Shown here in pieces: positions 9,562-17,850 of a stretch of DNA of 64,000 nt. Source of the DNA: an uncultured Gammaproteobacteria bacterium. GTDB lineage: Bacteria; Patescibacteriota; Microgenomatia; Levybacterales; GWA1-39-11. A program made the position numbers and the translations under genes. The stretch lies in contig CAZIAP010000003.1 of NCBI GenBank assembly GCA_964537315.1, positions 463 to 64,462 on the forward strand. The letters run 5' to 3'. The notes below the pieces were generated by a model, which made no database searches, had not been told where the DNA came from, and saw only the letters and a list, made by a program, of their open reading frames with translations. How positions within the stretch are numbered: position 1 is the stretch's first letter; each line of letters opens with the position of its first letter.

Positions 9562-11424
9562 CTATGGTTGCTTTACTTCAATTATTGCAACTGTCGGATT
9601 CTGATAAACAAGCTCAAAACGATTGGTGTCTTGCAATAAGTATTGAAGCGCTTTATAGTTATCCAGCGTCAGATCTGATGGATACCAGATATTGAAACTG
9701 AGTGATTCCTTATCTTGTGGGGCACTGTACTGCCATAGAAAGTAGCGTCCACTTATCGCAATCAAACGAGTATCGCTTCTACCTGTTAAGGCGTCATCTA
9801 TCTCATGGAGTAGCTGTGCAATCGATTGATGATCTGAGCTTTTTATTGCTTGATCAAGCTGAGTTCTGGTATCTATGCTCATATATGCTCCTCCAGGTGT
9901 ATTTACCATGCTTAAAGGCTCTATGATGTGCTGAGTTGCGGGATCAGAGATTAAAAGCGTATTAGTATCAGCATAATTTTCTTTTAAAAACTGAGCAGCT
10001 TGAACCTCGTTGGGGGAGATATTTGTATAGAAATCTCGATAACGTAGTATCTCTTTCCATCCGGCGGCATTGGTTGTAAATACAATTAACAGTGAGACAA
10101 CCAAAAGTAAGTATGCAGTATATCTTAAAAGAATAGGCTGAATGTAACGAATGAGTGTATAGATACCAACCGCAAGAATTATATGTATAAAAAATTTAGT
10201 TAGTACGTAAAACTTCATAACGTAAGGAATTTGCAGCAGGATGAGTGCAAAAAGACCAAGTGTAATAGTAAGGATAAAAATCTCTACCTCTCCTTTGGCT
10301 CGAAGAGTGGTTACGAGTCCTATCGGTACAAATAACGCTAGGAAAAATCCATACGTGCGAAGCATAACACGCAATTTTTCCTCAAAAGTGGGATTAAATG
10401 AAGCTGCCTCTCCAGCATTTAGAAAATCAAGCGGAAGATAGGCAGACAGAATAACTGCGGCTACCGCGAGTACAGTAATAGCGCCAATTAAAAACGCACG
10501 GTTAATGTGACGTGCAATAAAGAGTCTGAATTTGCTGTACAAATATATTGTCAGATAAACCACGACAGCGACAGTACCGATGATATAGTGATTTAAAACT
10601 AAGAAGAGTATACTGAAAAATACAAATGGAATTGAAGGCAGGCGACCTTTCTTAATCTCACGAAAGAGTTGAGATACCAGAAAAACAAATACAACGGCAG
10701 TAAATGTCTGGGGTATAAAAAATAGAGAAGTGAAACTGACATATGAATCAAAAATACCTGCAGCAAGTAGTATTGCGATATACGCAACGGCTTTGTTTTC
10801 AGTAACTTCTTTGGTAAGTAGGTATGATGCCATAATTACCATGAAAAAATGAATAAAACCTATCGCGCTCCAGTAGACAAACATATTGGTTGGATAAAAA
10901 ATCTGAGAGGCAGCAATTAGAGTATGATAAAACGATGAGTAGCCGTTAAAACCGAAGGTATCAGTTATGCGGGTAGTCATAAAATTAAACCTATTTTCAA
11001 AGATATTATTTACCAATGTTTGATGTTCAAGCATATCCCAGTTAAACGGGTAGGGACTATCAATTCTCCAGATGAAAAATATTACAGCTGCACATACAAG
11101 CGAGATTAGAGCAGGTATATGAAGATTTTGAACGCTGAGGTCTTTTCTTGGTAGAAAAAAGTTTATTATCAAGGACCCTCCTGCCATTATTCCGGTAGCC
11201 CATGAGAAGACGACAGAGAAGGAAAGTGCTGGGAATAAGGTAATCAGAATGTACTGTATTACAAGTGCAATAGCAAATAGTGAAAATCCTCCTGCTAAAA
11301 AGTAAGTTACAAAAGGGTAAGATAGCTCTTTTTTAATTACTTTTTGCACTAAAACTCGTCCGATACTGGTCGGAATAAGGTAGAAAAGTAATGCTTGTAA
11401 AATTGGAATTAAGATTTCGGTCAT
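9562..11424 (-). CDS. polytopic membrane protein, possible GT-C-type glycosyltransferase (ArnT/PMT-like), with C-terminal soluble domain
   Basis: It has about 13 predicted hydrophobic helices and is 620 aa long. It sits in an operon with the GT2 and GT4 genes. The family assignment is inference. Confidence 0.5.
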   Translation of the reverse strand: MTEILIPILQALLFYLIPTSIGRVLVQKVIKKELSYPFVTYFLAGGFSLFAIALVIQYILITLFPALSFSVVFSWATGIMAGGSLIINFFLPRKDLSVQNLHIPALISLVCAAVIFFIWRIDSPYPFNWDMLEHQTLVNNIFENRFNFMTTRITDTFGFNGYSSFYHTLIAASQIFYPTNMFVYWSAIGFIHFFMVIMASYLLTKEVTENKAVAYIAILLAAGIFDSYVSFTSLFFIPQTFTAVVFVFLVSQLFREIKKGRLPSIPFVFFSILFLVLNHYIIGTVAVVVYLTIYLYSKFRLFIARHINRAFLIGAITVLAVAAVILSAYLPLDFLNAGEAASFNPTFEEKLRVMLRTYGFFLALFVPIGLVTTLRAKGEVEIFILTITLGLFALILLQIPYVMKFYVLTKFFIHIILAVGIYTLIRYIQPILLRYTAYLLLVVSLLIVFTTNAAGWKEILRYRDFYTNISPNEVQAAQFLKENYADTNTLLISDPATQHIIEPLSMVNTPGGAYMSIDTRTQLDQAIKSSDHQSIAQLLHEIDDALTGRSDTRLIAISGRYFLWQYSAPQDKESLSFNIWYPSDLTLDNYKALQYLLQDTNRFELVYQNPTVAIIEVKQP

Positions 11425-12221
11425 AGTGCCTCCTCTGGATTATGTAAAATCTCGACTGTTATTGATGTTTCATGAGAGCTTCCCTCAGTAGTGAGTTCTT
11501 CGATCTCAATAAGTTTTGCATCCCTATTTATGCGCAATATCTGATTTGGATTTGCTCGCACAACTATCACAAATGATGCGTTGGGGTTGGTAATATATAC
11601 AGATCTGTCAGGGATAGGTACTACAAGTCTGTCTGTCTTGGGTGAGAGCGTAACGCCATAAGTTTGTGCAAATATATCCAAATCGCTTTGTTCCCAGTAG
11701 CTATATGCGTTAAGAGATTTGTCAAAGACAATATCATCTCCATTATATGAGAGAGTCATGCCCATCCTGCGAATTTTTTGAGGTTGTGCGAAAATAGTGC
11801 GTTGATACACAGTAACTCTATCTTCCTCAATTAAAGCTTTATATCGGGCATTAAGTTTGTCTGTAGTAAAGGTAACCGATGGACTACCTCCTGTGAGATA
11901 TGTTTTTACAGTATGAGCGATGTTTTCAAATTGTGTTTTTTCAAGATTTGTTTCGTACTGTTTGCTCTCAATTTCAGGAACTGAGATAAAACTGCTTCGG
12001 TTGTTTTGGGCATCAACAGTATAATCATTGAACGGTGAGAATCTGTAGTATAGACGTTTATAATCCTGAAATAAGGAGAGTCCGTCAGAGTAAGGTGCAA
12101 TCTGCATTGAACCTACCGCTGAGACCTGAGGATTATTTGGGAGTAATACTCCATAAACTGCTAGTATAAGCAGCACGCAAAAAACTATAAAAGATAATAT
12201 ATTCCTGCCTAATATATTCAT
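11421..12221 (-). CDS. hypothetical membrane-anchored protein
   Basis: It has an N-terminal TM 'ILSFIVFCVLLILAVYGVLL'. There is a 4-nt ATGA overlap with the downstream gene. Confidence 0.5.
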   Translation of the reverse strand: MNILGRNILSFIVFCVLLILAVYGVLLPNNPQVSAVGSMQIAPYSDGLSLFQDYKRLYYRFSPFNDYTVDAQNNRSSFISVPEIESKQYETNLEKTQFENIAHTVKTYLTGGSPSVTFTTDKLNARYKALIEEDRVTVYQRTIFAQPQKIRRMGMTLSYNGDDIVFDKSLNAYSYWEQSDLDIFAQTYGVTLSPKTDRLVVPIPDRSVYITNPNASFVIVVRANPNQILRINRDAKLIEIEELTTEGSSHETSITVEILHNPEEAL

Positions 12222-12223
12222 GG

Positions 12224-12550
12224 TTACTGTTGTGGGAGATCACTCCATACGCCATCCCACGTGCGAACACCTTTTTGCCAAGCACACTCTCTGACTTGCT
12301 GCTCCATAGGCCTGCTTATGGTTTGTCCGGTTGTGGCTGTTGTTGTCTCTTGGCGGTAAGCCATGGCACAGTCTTGTATTGCTTGTAGTTCGAGCGCTCG
12401 TTGATTTTGTGCAAGCATAGTATCAACCCGTTCAAGGGCATTTACTGCACCAAAAATCAGTCCGCCTAAAACGACGGCTATAGCCACAGCAATTAGAATA
12501 TTTTTTATTATTTGCATACTTAAAAAATCGAACATTACAAATCTCACCAC
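12224..12550 (-). CDS. small membrane protein (hypothetical)
   Basis: It has a single TM 'IIKNILIAVAIAVVLGGLIFGAV'. An alternative start lies at 12517 (MQIIKN). It is the first gene of the glycosylation operon. Confidence 0.45.
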   Translation of the reverse strand: MVRFVMFDFLSMQIIKNILIAVAIAVVLGGLIFGAVNALERVDTMLAQNQRALELQAIQDCAMAYRQETTTATTGQTISRPMEQQVRECAWQKGVRTWDGVWSDLPQQ

Positions 12551-12669
12551 CTTTTCTTATCAAAGTACTCAATGTTAATTAGGTGAAGAAAGATTGATGT
12601 AAGAGATTACATCTGATTGAGTATTTAGATAAGACGAGAAACGTAGATTGCAAGCAAAGCTTGTGAGAG

Positions 12670-12710
12670 TTACCCTCTCCGCAAATTGCGGAGAGGGTAA
12701 ATATTGAGGA
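12670..12710 (-). terminator. GC-rich hairpin downstream of paralog P1
   Basis: This is a perfect 12-bp stem 'taccctctccgc' / 'gcggagagggta' with loop 'aaatt'. There is no clear U-tract. Confidence 0.45.
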
Positions 12711-12721
12711 CAATGTCCTCG

Positions 12722-13867
12722 TTACGGATTAAACACTGTACCTTCTAGTTCATCAGCTGACGAAGCGAAGGTAAAGGTGACCTCGTAACCGACCGGACCG
12801 ACGGAACCAATATAAATTGATTCTACGTCATCATCCAGAATTACGAGAGCCTTGCCATCTACACGACAATTGTCACATGTGATAGTTCCATCGTCATGTA
12901 GAGACCATACGCGGATAACCGGGTTCCCGCTGATTTGAACAGCACCGTTGCCATGGATTTCCATGGCAATCGCTGCCTCACCCAGAGGACCTCGTTCATG
13001 CGTAAAGGTAAGGACATTACCATTTACTCGTACGTTACCCTTGGAAGTGGCTGCGCATACAGTGAAGCTCGTGACCTGATACTCAGTGCAGTTTTCTAGG
13101 CTCTTGCCTTGACCATGCTTTGGTGCTTCATTAGAAGGCGGTGGTGGTGGAGTAGTTCCTCCATCATCATCACAACCATCCACATATCGCCACTCAAAGT
13201 AGTGCTGGCCGACATTGCCGAACTGAACCTGGTGCTCAGGCGCGTTGTCTGGAGTATATGTCAAGGCTTGGCGTTCACCAAGCTGTACATATACCTTTTT
13301 CATCACACCATCAACTGGTGCGACTGTTTCCATAACTGGAGAGGAGGCGAGTCCGACCTGTTGTAGTCGTCCAGGCTCACTCATGAACTCAGCGAAGTCT
13401 GATCCCCACGAATATCCCCCATTTCGGAAGACATCCTTGAAGTCTCCATAGGAGAGTGGGTTAACTTGACCCGGGTCACCTGCCACATGAACGTCAGATG
13501 GGGAACATACGACAAAGTCGTTATCCCCAACCTGCATCATGCCGGTAACGAGTTCTGCTACCAGTAGACCGTTCGTTACACGCCAATTAGCGGATTCATC
13601 ATACGAACGATCTTCCATTCTCGTTTTGTCAAAGTACTGGACGGCGCGGACACCGCCTGGTGCTTCAACATAGTCCTCCTGACCAATGAAGCGCGCAGGT
13701 TCATAAACCGGACCCCATCCCAGTTCGTTACTCAACCATTGTTCCCGAAAGTTCGAGTGGTTGAATCTGTCGGGCGTGGGATAGTAGTGATCAGCGAAAG
13801 CAGATGCTGACACGCTGATAACTAGCAAGGCCACGATGGCCAACGCCCCAACAAATTTTGTGCGCAA
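12722..13867 (-). CDS. secreted modular protein, paralog P1 (module A + Pro-rich linker + module B)
   Basis: It has a signal peptide 'RTKFVGALAIVALLVISVSASAFA' and a TTG start with SD 'aaagga'. Module A ('VQYFDKTRMED...VTNGLLVAELVTG...VGLASSP...VQLGERQALTYTPDN...HYFEWRY') is shared with P3. The C-terminal module B ('IYIGSVGPVGY') is shared with P2. Confidence 0.75.
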   Translation of the reverse strand: MRTKFVGALAIVALLVISVSASAFADHYYPTPDRFNHSNFREQWLSNELGWGPVYEPARFIGQEDYVEAPGGVRAVQYFDKTRMEDRSYDESANWRVTNGLLVAELVTGMMQVGDNDFVVCSPSDVHVAGDPGQVNPLSYGDFKDVFRNGGYSWGSDFAEFMSEPGRLQQVGLASSPVMETVAPVDGVMKKVYVQLGERQALTYTPDNAPEHQVQFGNVGQHYFEWRYVDGCDDDGGTTPPPPPSNEAPKHGQGKSLENCTEYQVTSFTVCAATSKGNVRVNGNVLTFTHERGPLGEAAIAMEIHGNGAVQISGNPVIRVWSLHDDGTITCDNCRVDGKALVILDDDVESIYIGSVGPVGYEVTFTFASSADELEGTVFNP

Positions 13868-13902
13868 TTTTTTGTCCTTTCTGCGCTACAAAAAAAATGT
13901 TT

Positions 13903-14102
13903 GGACCAAATGGCCCAAGAGAAAAACAAGTCAATTCACTTATTTTCCTTTCGAGCCTTTCGGTCCTGAATAATTTCTACGTTTCTCGTTTGTTAAGGTA
14001 CCTGAGTAATCAGTAATACATTCATGCAATATGAAGTATTCCTGAAAATCTCATCTTTGATCTCAAACATTTGCTTGAAAGCAAAGATGAAACGAGAAAC
14101 AC
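13903..14102 (-). promoter_or_regulatory. conserved ~200-bp leader/promoter element, copy 1 (upstream of P1)
   Basis: It is near-identical to copies at 14770-14969 and 16515-16656. The terminal inverted repeats are 'acgtttctcgtttg' and 'aaacgagaaacac'. Nested hairpins are 'tcatctttg...caaagatga' and 'ttgcttgaaagcaa'. On the minus strand it reads 'TTAACA-N17-TTATTC'. Confidence 0.55.
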
Positions 14103-14122
14103 AGCTTCACTAGTGTGAGATT

Positions 14123-14153
14123 AGGGTCTCTCCCGAACTGCGGGAGAGACCCT
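14123..14153 (-). terminator. GC-rich hairpin downstream of P2
   Basis: It is a perfect 13-bp stem 'agggtctctcccg' / 'cgggagagaccct' with loop 'aactg'. Confidence 0.45.
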
Positions 14154-14179
14154 ATAAGGTAGCTTACGCTACCAACAGA

Positions 14180-14710
14180 TTAATTCCGTGTCCAGTAATT
14201 CCACGCATATGGAATGGAATCAATGAACTGTGCACCTTCAAAGTCGCTCAGCGACCCAAAGGTGAGAGTGAACTGATGTCCGACCGGACCGACAGACCCA
14301 ATGTAGAATGCACTGGTTCCATGATCCGGCAACTGGATGACGATGTTACCATTTTCGTCTGCTACGTATCGGTCAGCATAGGCATTGTTCAAGTCGGCGT
14401 AAAAGTATACGTCGACTGCTCCGCTGATCCGGATAGCTTCTACGCCACCGGGATATGTCCGTACGATAACAGACATAGACGCTTCACCCATAGGAGCAGG
14501 ATTGTGTGCGAACGTAACGACGTTACCTTCAACACTAACTTCTCCTCTAGAAGGCATAAGACAAACGTTATGACCGCCGATCCACTGAAAGCCTCCACAC
14601 CTGTTCTCCAAAGAAGGAACAGAAGGGGCATTGGCAGATGCAACTGCCGGAATGACGAGCGCCAGGATCACAGCTACGAACGTCACGATGCGAAAATGAA
14701 TCTTGCGCAT
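14180..14710 (-). CDS. secreted protein, paralog P2 (module B only)
   Basis: It has a signal peptide 'IVTFVAVILALVIPAVASA'. 'GNVVTFAHNPAPMGEA' and 'FYIGSVGPVGHQFTLTF' are homologous to the P1 C-terminus. Confidence 0.7.
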   Translation of the reverse strand: MRKIHFRIVTFVAVILALVIPAVASANAPSVPSLENRCGGFQWIGGHNVCLMPSRGEVSVEGNVVTFAHNPAPMGEASMSVIVRTYPGGVEAIRISGAVDVYFYADLNNAYADRYVADENGNIVIQLPDHGTSAFYIGSVGPVGHQFTLTFGSLSDFEGAQFIDSIPYAWNYWTRN

Positions 14711-14769
14711 TGCTTTGTCCTTTCATGCGCTAAGACAATAAATTCATCAGACTAACGTAGTCTGAATAG

Positions 14770-14969
14770 GACCAAGTGGTCCAAGAGAAAAACAAGATTT
14801 TATCCTTATTTCCCTTTCGGACCTCTCGGTCAAAATAAATACTGTGTTTCTCGTTTGTTAATGTACCTGAGTAATCAGGAGTAGTCTTTATTCTATAACA
14901 AAGCACTCCTGAAAATCTCATCTTTGATCTCAAACATTTGCTTGAAAGCAAAGATGAAACGAGAAACGC
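14770..14969 (-). promoter_or_regulatory. conserved leader/promoter element, copy 2 (upstream of P2)
   Basis: It has the same architecture as copy 1. It shares the 'ggaccaagtggtccaagagaaaaacaag' hairpin and the 3' core 'cctgaaaatctcatctttgatctcaaacatttgcttgaaagcaaagatgaaacgagaaacgc'. The minus strand reads 'TTAACA-N17-TTATTT'. Confidence 0.55.
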
Positions 14970-14981
14970 AGGTTATGTATA

Positions 14982-15029
14982 GAGTGGACCCCGCTAAGCG
15001 GGATCCACTCAGTTTGGTAGCTAAGCTAC
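14982..15029 (-). terminator. two tandem hairpins downstream of P3
   Basis: The hairpins are 'gagtggaccccgc taa gcgggatccactc' and 'ggtagc taa gctacc'. Confidence 0.4.
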
Positions 15030-15032
15030 CGA

Positions 15033-16427
15033 TTAGCGAGCATCAATAGTATTGATGTGCTCGCTTCTGTCATACGGTCCCCACCACACAAGAGACTCGT
15101 GAGTGGGAGCAGCAGTGGTGTAATCCACCGCAATTGAGACAACCCCGTCGTTTGGAAGGATGATAGTAATATCACCCATGTCTGATGTTGCCTGACTGAC
15201 AACATTACCGGAGTTAGTCACAACCGTGACCATACTGTTCGGAGCGATCCGAACATTAATGGCTACAGGGCCTGAAGCTCCAGCCAGGAACTGATCGATG
15301 TACTTTGAAGTAGTCAGAACACCCAAGCACCATCTGATGTGGGTATCTGTTCCTCTGTACACGATCTGTCCAGGATTACCATGGTCAGTCCAGTTGCCTC
15401 CCGAATGATTTCCGAGAGCAAGTGTGACAAACCAACTATCTGCGCCTCCCCAGTCAGGAGCCTTGAACAGGTGTTCATTGAACACGCGGTGAGTCCACGT
15501 ATTCTGCTTGAACTCTTCGATTACTTTGCTGTCCATCTTGTCCAACTTTCCTGGTTCAGGAAAGTAGCAAGGCTCTGGAGCAGACTTAACCGGTGGCTCT
15601 GGCTTGGGTTCATGAACCGGCGGTTCAGGTTTTGGCTTGTGAACCGGTGGTGTAGGATCTGGACCGTGTCCAGGATCTTCAAGCTTACCGGCACACCCGT
15701 CTTTCCCATACCTCCATTCAAAGTAGTGGGCACCGACGTTGCCCCACTCAACCTGCCAACCGTGAGGGTTGTCAGGAGTGTATGTAAGAGCACGGCGCTC
15801 ACCCAACTGTACGAGCACCTTCTTTATGGTGCCGTTAACTTTGGCGTCAGTCCACCAGGCGGGAGAAGAGGCAAGGCCAACTTTATATGTGGCGTTGTCT
15901 TTTGACATGAACTTCTGAAACTCAGGAGCCCAGTCATATCCACCTGGTTTGATATCGTTGTAGAACTTCGCGTAGGTCAAGGCATCATGACCTTGATCCA
16001 TATCACCTGCGACAGGCATATCAGACGGTCTGCATTCAATGAACGCATCATCGCCAATTTGCATGCGGCCTGTGACCAGCTCTACAACAAGTAATCCGTT
16101 AGTGACAGCCCAGTCACCCTTAGAGCGGTAACTATTATCCTCCATACGGGACTTGTCGAAGTATTGGACTGTTCGGAAGCCTTTCGGAGCTTCTTTGTAG
16201 GGTTCTGATTTGAAGTCATATGCGACTTTCAGTGCAGGACCCCACGTCCAAGACTTGGCTTCTTTTCCGTCAATGACGGATTGATCATCCTTCTCCCAGG
16301 TATGCTGAAAGTTCTGATGGTGAAAGCTCGGCTTTTGATAATCCGATGAGGCAAGTGCCACCATCGGAATGAGTAGAGCGGCAATCATCGTTACCAGAAC
16401 GATGATTCCCAATCGTTGTCTGCGCAT
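15033..16427 (-). CDS. secreted modular protein, paralog P3 (module A + Pro/Lys-rich linker + module C)
   Basis: It has a signal peptide 'LGIIVLVTMIAALLIPMVALA'. Module A ('VQYFDKSRMED...VTNGLLVVELVTG') is shared with P1. The linker is 'PTPPVHKPKPEPPVHEPKPEPPVKSAPEP'. C-terminal module C ('WTHRVFNEHLFKAPDWGGADSWFVTLALGNHSGG...HESLVWWGPYDRSEHINTIDAR') is shared with P4. Confidence 0.75.
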   Translation of the reverse strand: MRRQRLGIIVLVTMIAALLIPMVALASSDYQKPSFHHQNFQHTWEKDDQSVIDGKEAKSWTWGPALKVAYDFKSEPYKEAPKGFRTVQYFDKSRMEDNSYRSKGDWAVTNGLLVVELVTGRMQIGDDAFIECRPSDMPVAGDMDQGHDALTYAKFYNDIKPGGYDWAPEFQKFMSKDNATYKVGLASSPAWWTDAKVNGTIKKVLVQLGERRALTYTPDNPHGWQVEWGNVGAHYFEWRYGKDGCAGKLEDPGHGPDPTPPVHKPKPEPPVHEPKPEPPVKSAPEPCYFPEPGKLDKMDSKVIEEFKQNTWTHRVFNEHLFKAPDWGGADSWFVTLALGNHSGGNWTDHGNPGQIVYRGTDTHIRWCLGVLTTSKYIDQFLAGASGPVAINVRIAPNSMVTVVTNSGNVVSQATSDMGDITIILPNDGVVSIAVDYTTAAPTHESLVWWGPYDRSEHINTIDAR

Positions 16428-16514
16428 TAAAATTTCCTTTCATTGCGCACAATACGGTTTGGACACATCGTCCGTCAAATAGACAAGCTAATATCTACTT
16501 AACGGACGACATAT

Positions 16515-16656
16515 CTTATTTCCGTATATTTCTACGTTTCTCGTTTGTTAAAGTGCTGAGTAATCAGTAACACATCCATGCAATATGAAGTATTCCTGAA
16601 AATCTCATCTTTGATCTCAAACATTTGCTTGAAAGCAAAGATGAAACGAGAAACGC
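16515..16656 (-). promoter_or_regulatory. conserved leader/promoter element, copy 3 (upstream of P3; lacks the first ~60 bp of the unit)
   Basis: 'tttctacgtttctcgtttgttaaagtgctgagtaatcagtaacacatccatgcaatatgaagtattcctgaaaatctcatctttgatctcaaacatttgcttgaaagcaaagatgaaacgagaaacgc' is ~95% identical to copy 1. Confidence 0.55.
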
Positions 16657-16741
16657 ATATCTCTATTCACTGACCGTGCTTCGTATCAAATGTTGTCGGT
16701 TCAAATACCGACGATTTAATACATGACAATCATGAGTAGAG

Positions 16742-16776
16742 TATCCAAGGAGCCCCACAGAGCGGGACTCCTTGGA
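16742..16776 (-). terminator. GC-rich hairpin downstream of P4
   Basis: It has a 10-bp stem 'atccaaggag' / 'ctccttggat' with a 15-nt loop. Confidence 0.4.
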
Positions 16777-16786
16777 TTAGATGACT

Positions 16787-17833
16787 CTAGCGAGCATCAA
16801 TAGTATTGATGTTCTCGCTTCTGTCATACGGTCCCCACCACACAAGACTTTCGTGAGTGGGAGCAGCAGTGGTGTAATCCACTGTAATTGAGACAACTCC
16901 ATCATCCGGTAGGATAATGGTGATGTCACCTGCATCCGAGGTTACCTGAGAATGAGCTCCTGAAGGTCCATTCACTGTAACCACTGAGTTCGGAGCGATC
17001 CGAACATTAATGGCTACAGGACCTGAAGCTCCAGCCAGGAACTGATCCACATACTGTGAGCTGGTAAGAACCCCCAAGCACCACTGAATGTGAGTGCTTG
17101 TGCCTCTGTATACAATCTGACCAGGATTGCCATGATCAGTCCATGCACCGCCTGAGTGATTGCCCAGGGCAAGTGTCACGAACCAACTATCTGCGCCTCC
17201 CCAATCAGGAGCCTTGAACAGATGAGGATTGAACACTCTGTGGAACCACTGTCCGTAAGATGCCAACTCAATCTCTGTTTTCGGCATGTCGTCAAGATTC
17301 CCCGAAGCAGGGAACTGGCAGCTTTGTCCTGTCTGCTGTACCGGTTCAGGCATCGCTGGTTCTTGATCAGGTTCATCGTCGACGATTGCAACATAAGTGC
17401 AAGCGTCTTCAACGTCTCTGTCAAGCTCGTAACCATCTCTGACTTCGCAGTCATCGTGGTTGAACTCATCAGGTTCGTCGTCGACGATTGCAACATAAGT
17501 GCAAGCGTCTTCAACGTCTCTGTCAAGCTCGTAACCATCTCTGACTTCACAGTCATCGTGGTTGAACTCATCAGGTTCAGGCGTGCGTGTAGGATCATCT
17601 CGTACAGGAGAAGGACTAGGCTCTTCGTCATCATTGACGTCAATGCCTATACATTCTTCTTCCTCTACTGAGCGATCAATGTCAATTACTCCGACACAGT
17701 CGGAGAGATCGAATTCAACATCGTCCTCACCGTCTGCATTGACGCTACAGGCTGAAAGCATGAGCATCATAGCGATGAAAACGGCAAGGAAGGGGAACGT
17801 CTTTTGGTTCATCGTAGATCCCTTCTTGCTCAT
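16787..17833 (-). CDS. lipoprotein, paralog P4 (acidic tandem-repeat linker + module C)
   Basis: It has a lipobox 'MLMLSAC'. Acidic Cys-containing 34-aa units 'DEPDEFNHDDCEVRDGYELDRDVEDACTYVAIVD' occur twice. The C-terminal ~155 aa are ~80% identical to the P3 C-terminus. Confidence 0.75.
   Translation of the reverse strand: MSKKGSTMNQKTFPFLAVFIAMMLMLSACSVNADGEDDVEFDLSDCVGVIDIDRSVEEEECIGIDVNDDEEPSPSPVRDDPTRTPEPDEFNHDDCEVRDGYELDRDVEDACTYVAIVDDEPDEFNHDDCEVRDGYELDRDVEDACTYVAIVDDEPDQEPAMPEPVQQTGQSCQFPASGNLDDMPKTEIELASYGQWFHRVFNPHLFKAPDWGGADSWFVTLALGNHSGGAWTDHGNPGQIVYRGTSTHIQWCLGVLTSSQYVDQFLAGASGPVAINVRIAPNSVVTVNGPSGAHSQVTSDAGDITIILPDDGVVSITVDYTTAAPTHESLVWWGPYDRSENINTIDAR
17371..17574. repeat. 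2 x 102-bp near-perfect tandem direct repeat inside P4
   Basis: 'gttcatcgtcgacgattgcaacataagtgcaagcgtcttcaacgtctctgtcaagctcgtaaccatctctgacttc(g/a)cagtcatcgtggttgaactcatcag' occurs twice. The copies differ by 2 nt. Confidence 0.85.
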
Positions 17834-17850
17834 ATGAGCTAGGCTATGAC

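Noticed and set aside
14276-14755. 159-aa plus-strand ORF
   Set aside because: It is antisense to paralog P2, whose frame is supported by a signal peptide and homology to P1. There are no translation signals.
15339-15905. 188-aa plus-strand ORF
   Set aside because: It is antisense to paralog P3. The coding frame on the minus strand is supported by two conserved modules.
17156-17671. 171-aa (+) and 155-aa (-) overlapping ORFs
   Set aside because: They overlap paralog P4, which has a lipobox and a conserved C-terminal module. They arise from the 102-bp tandem repeat and are not independent genes.
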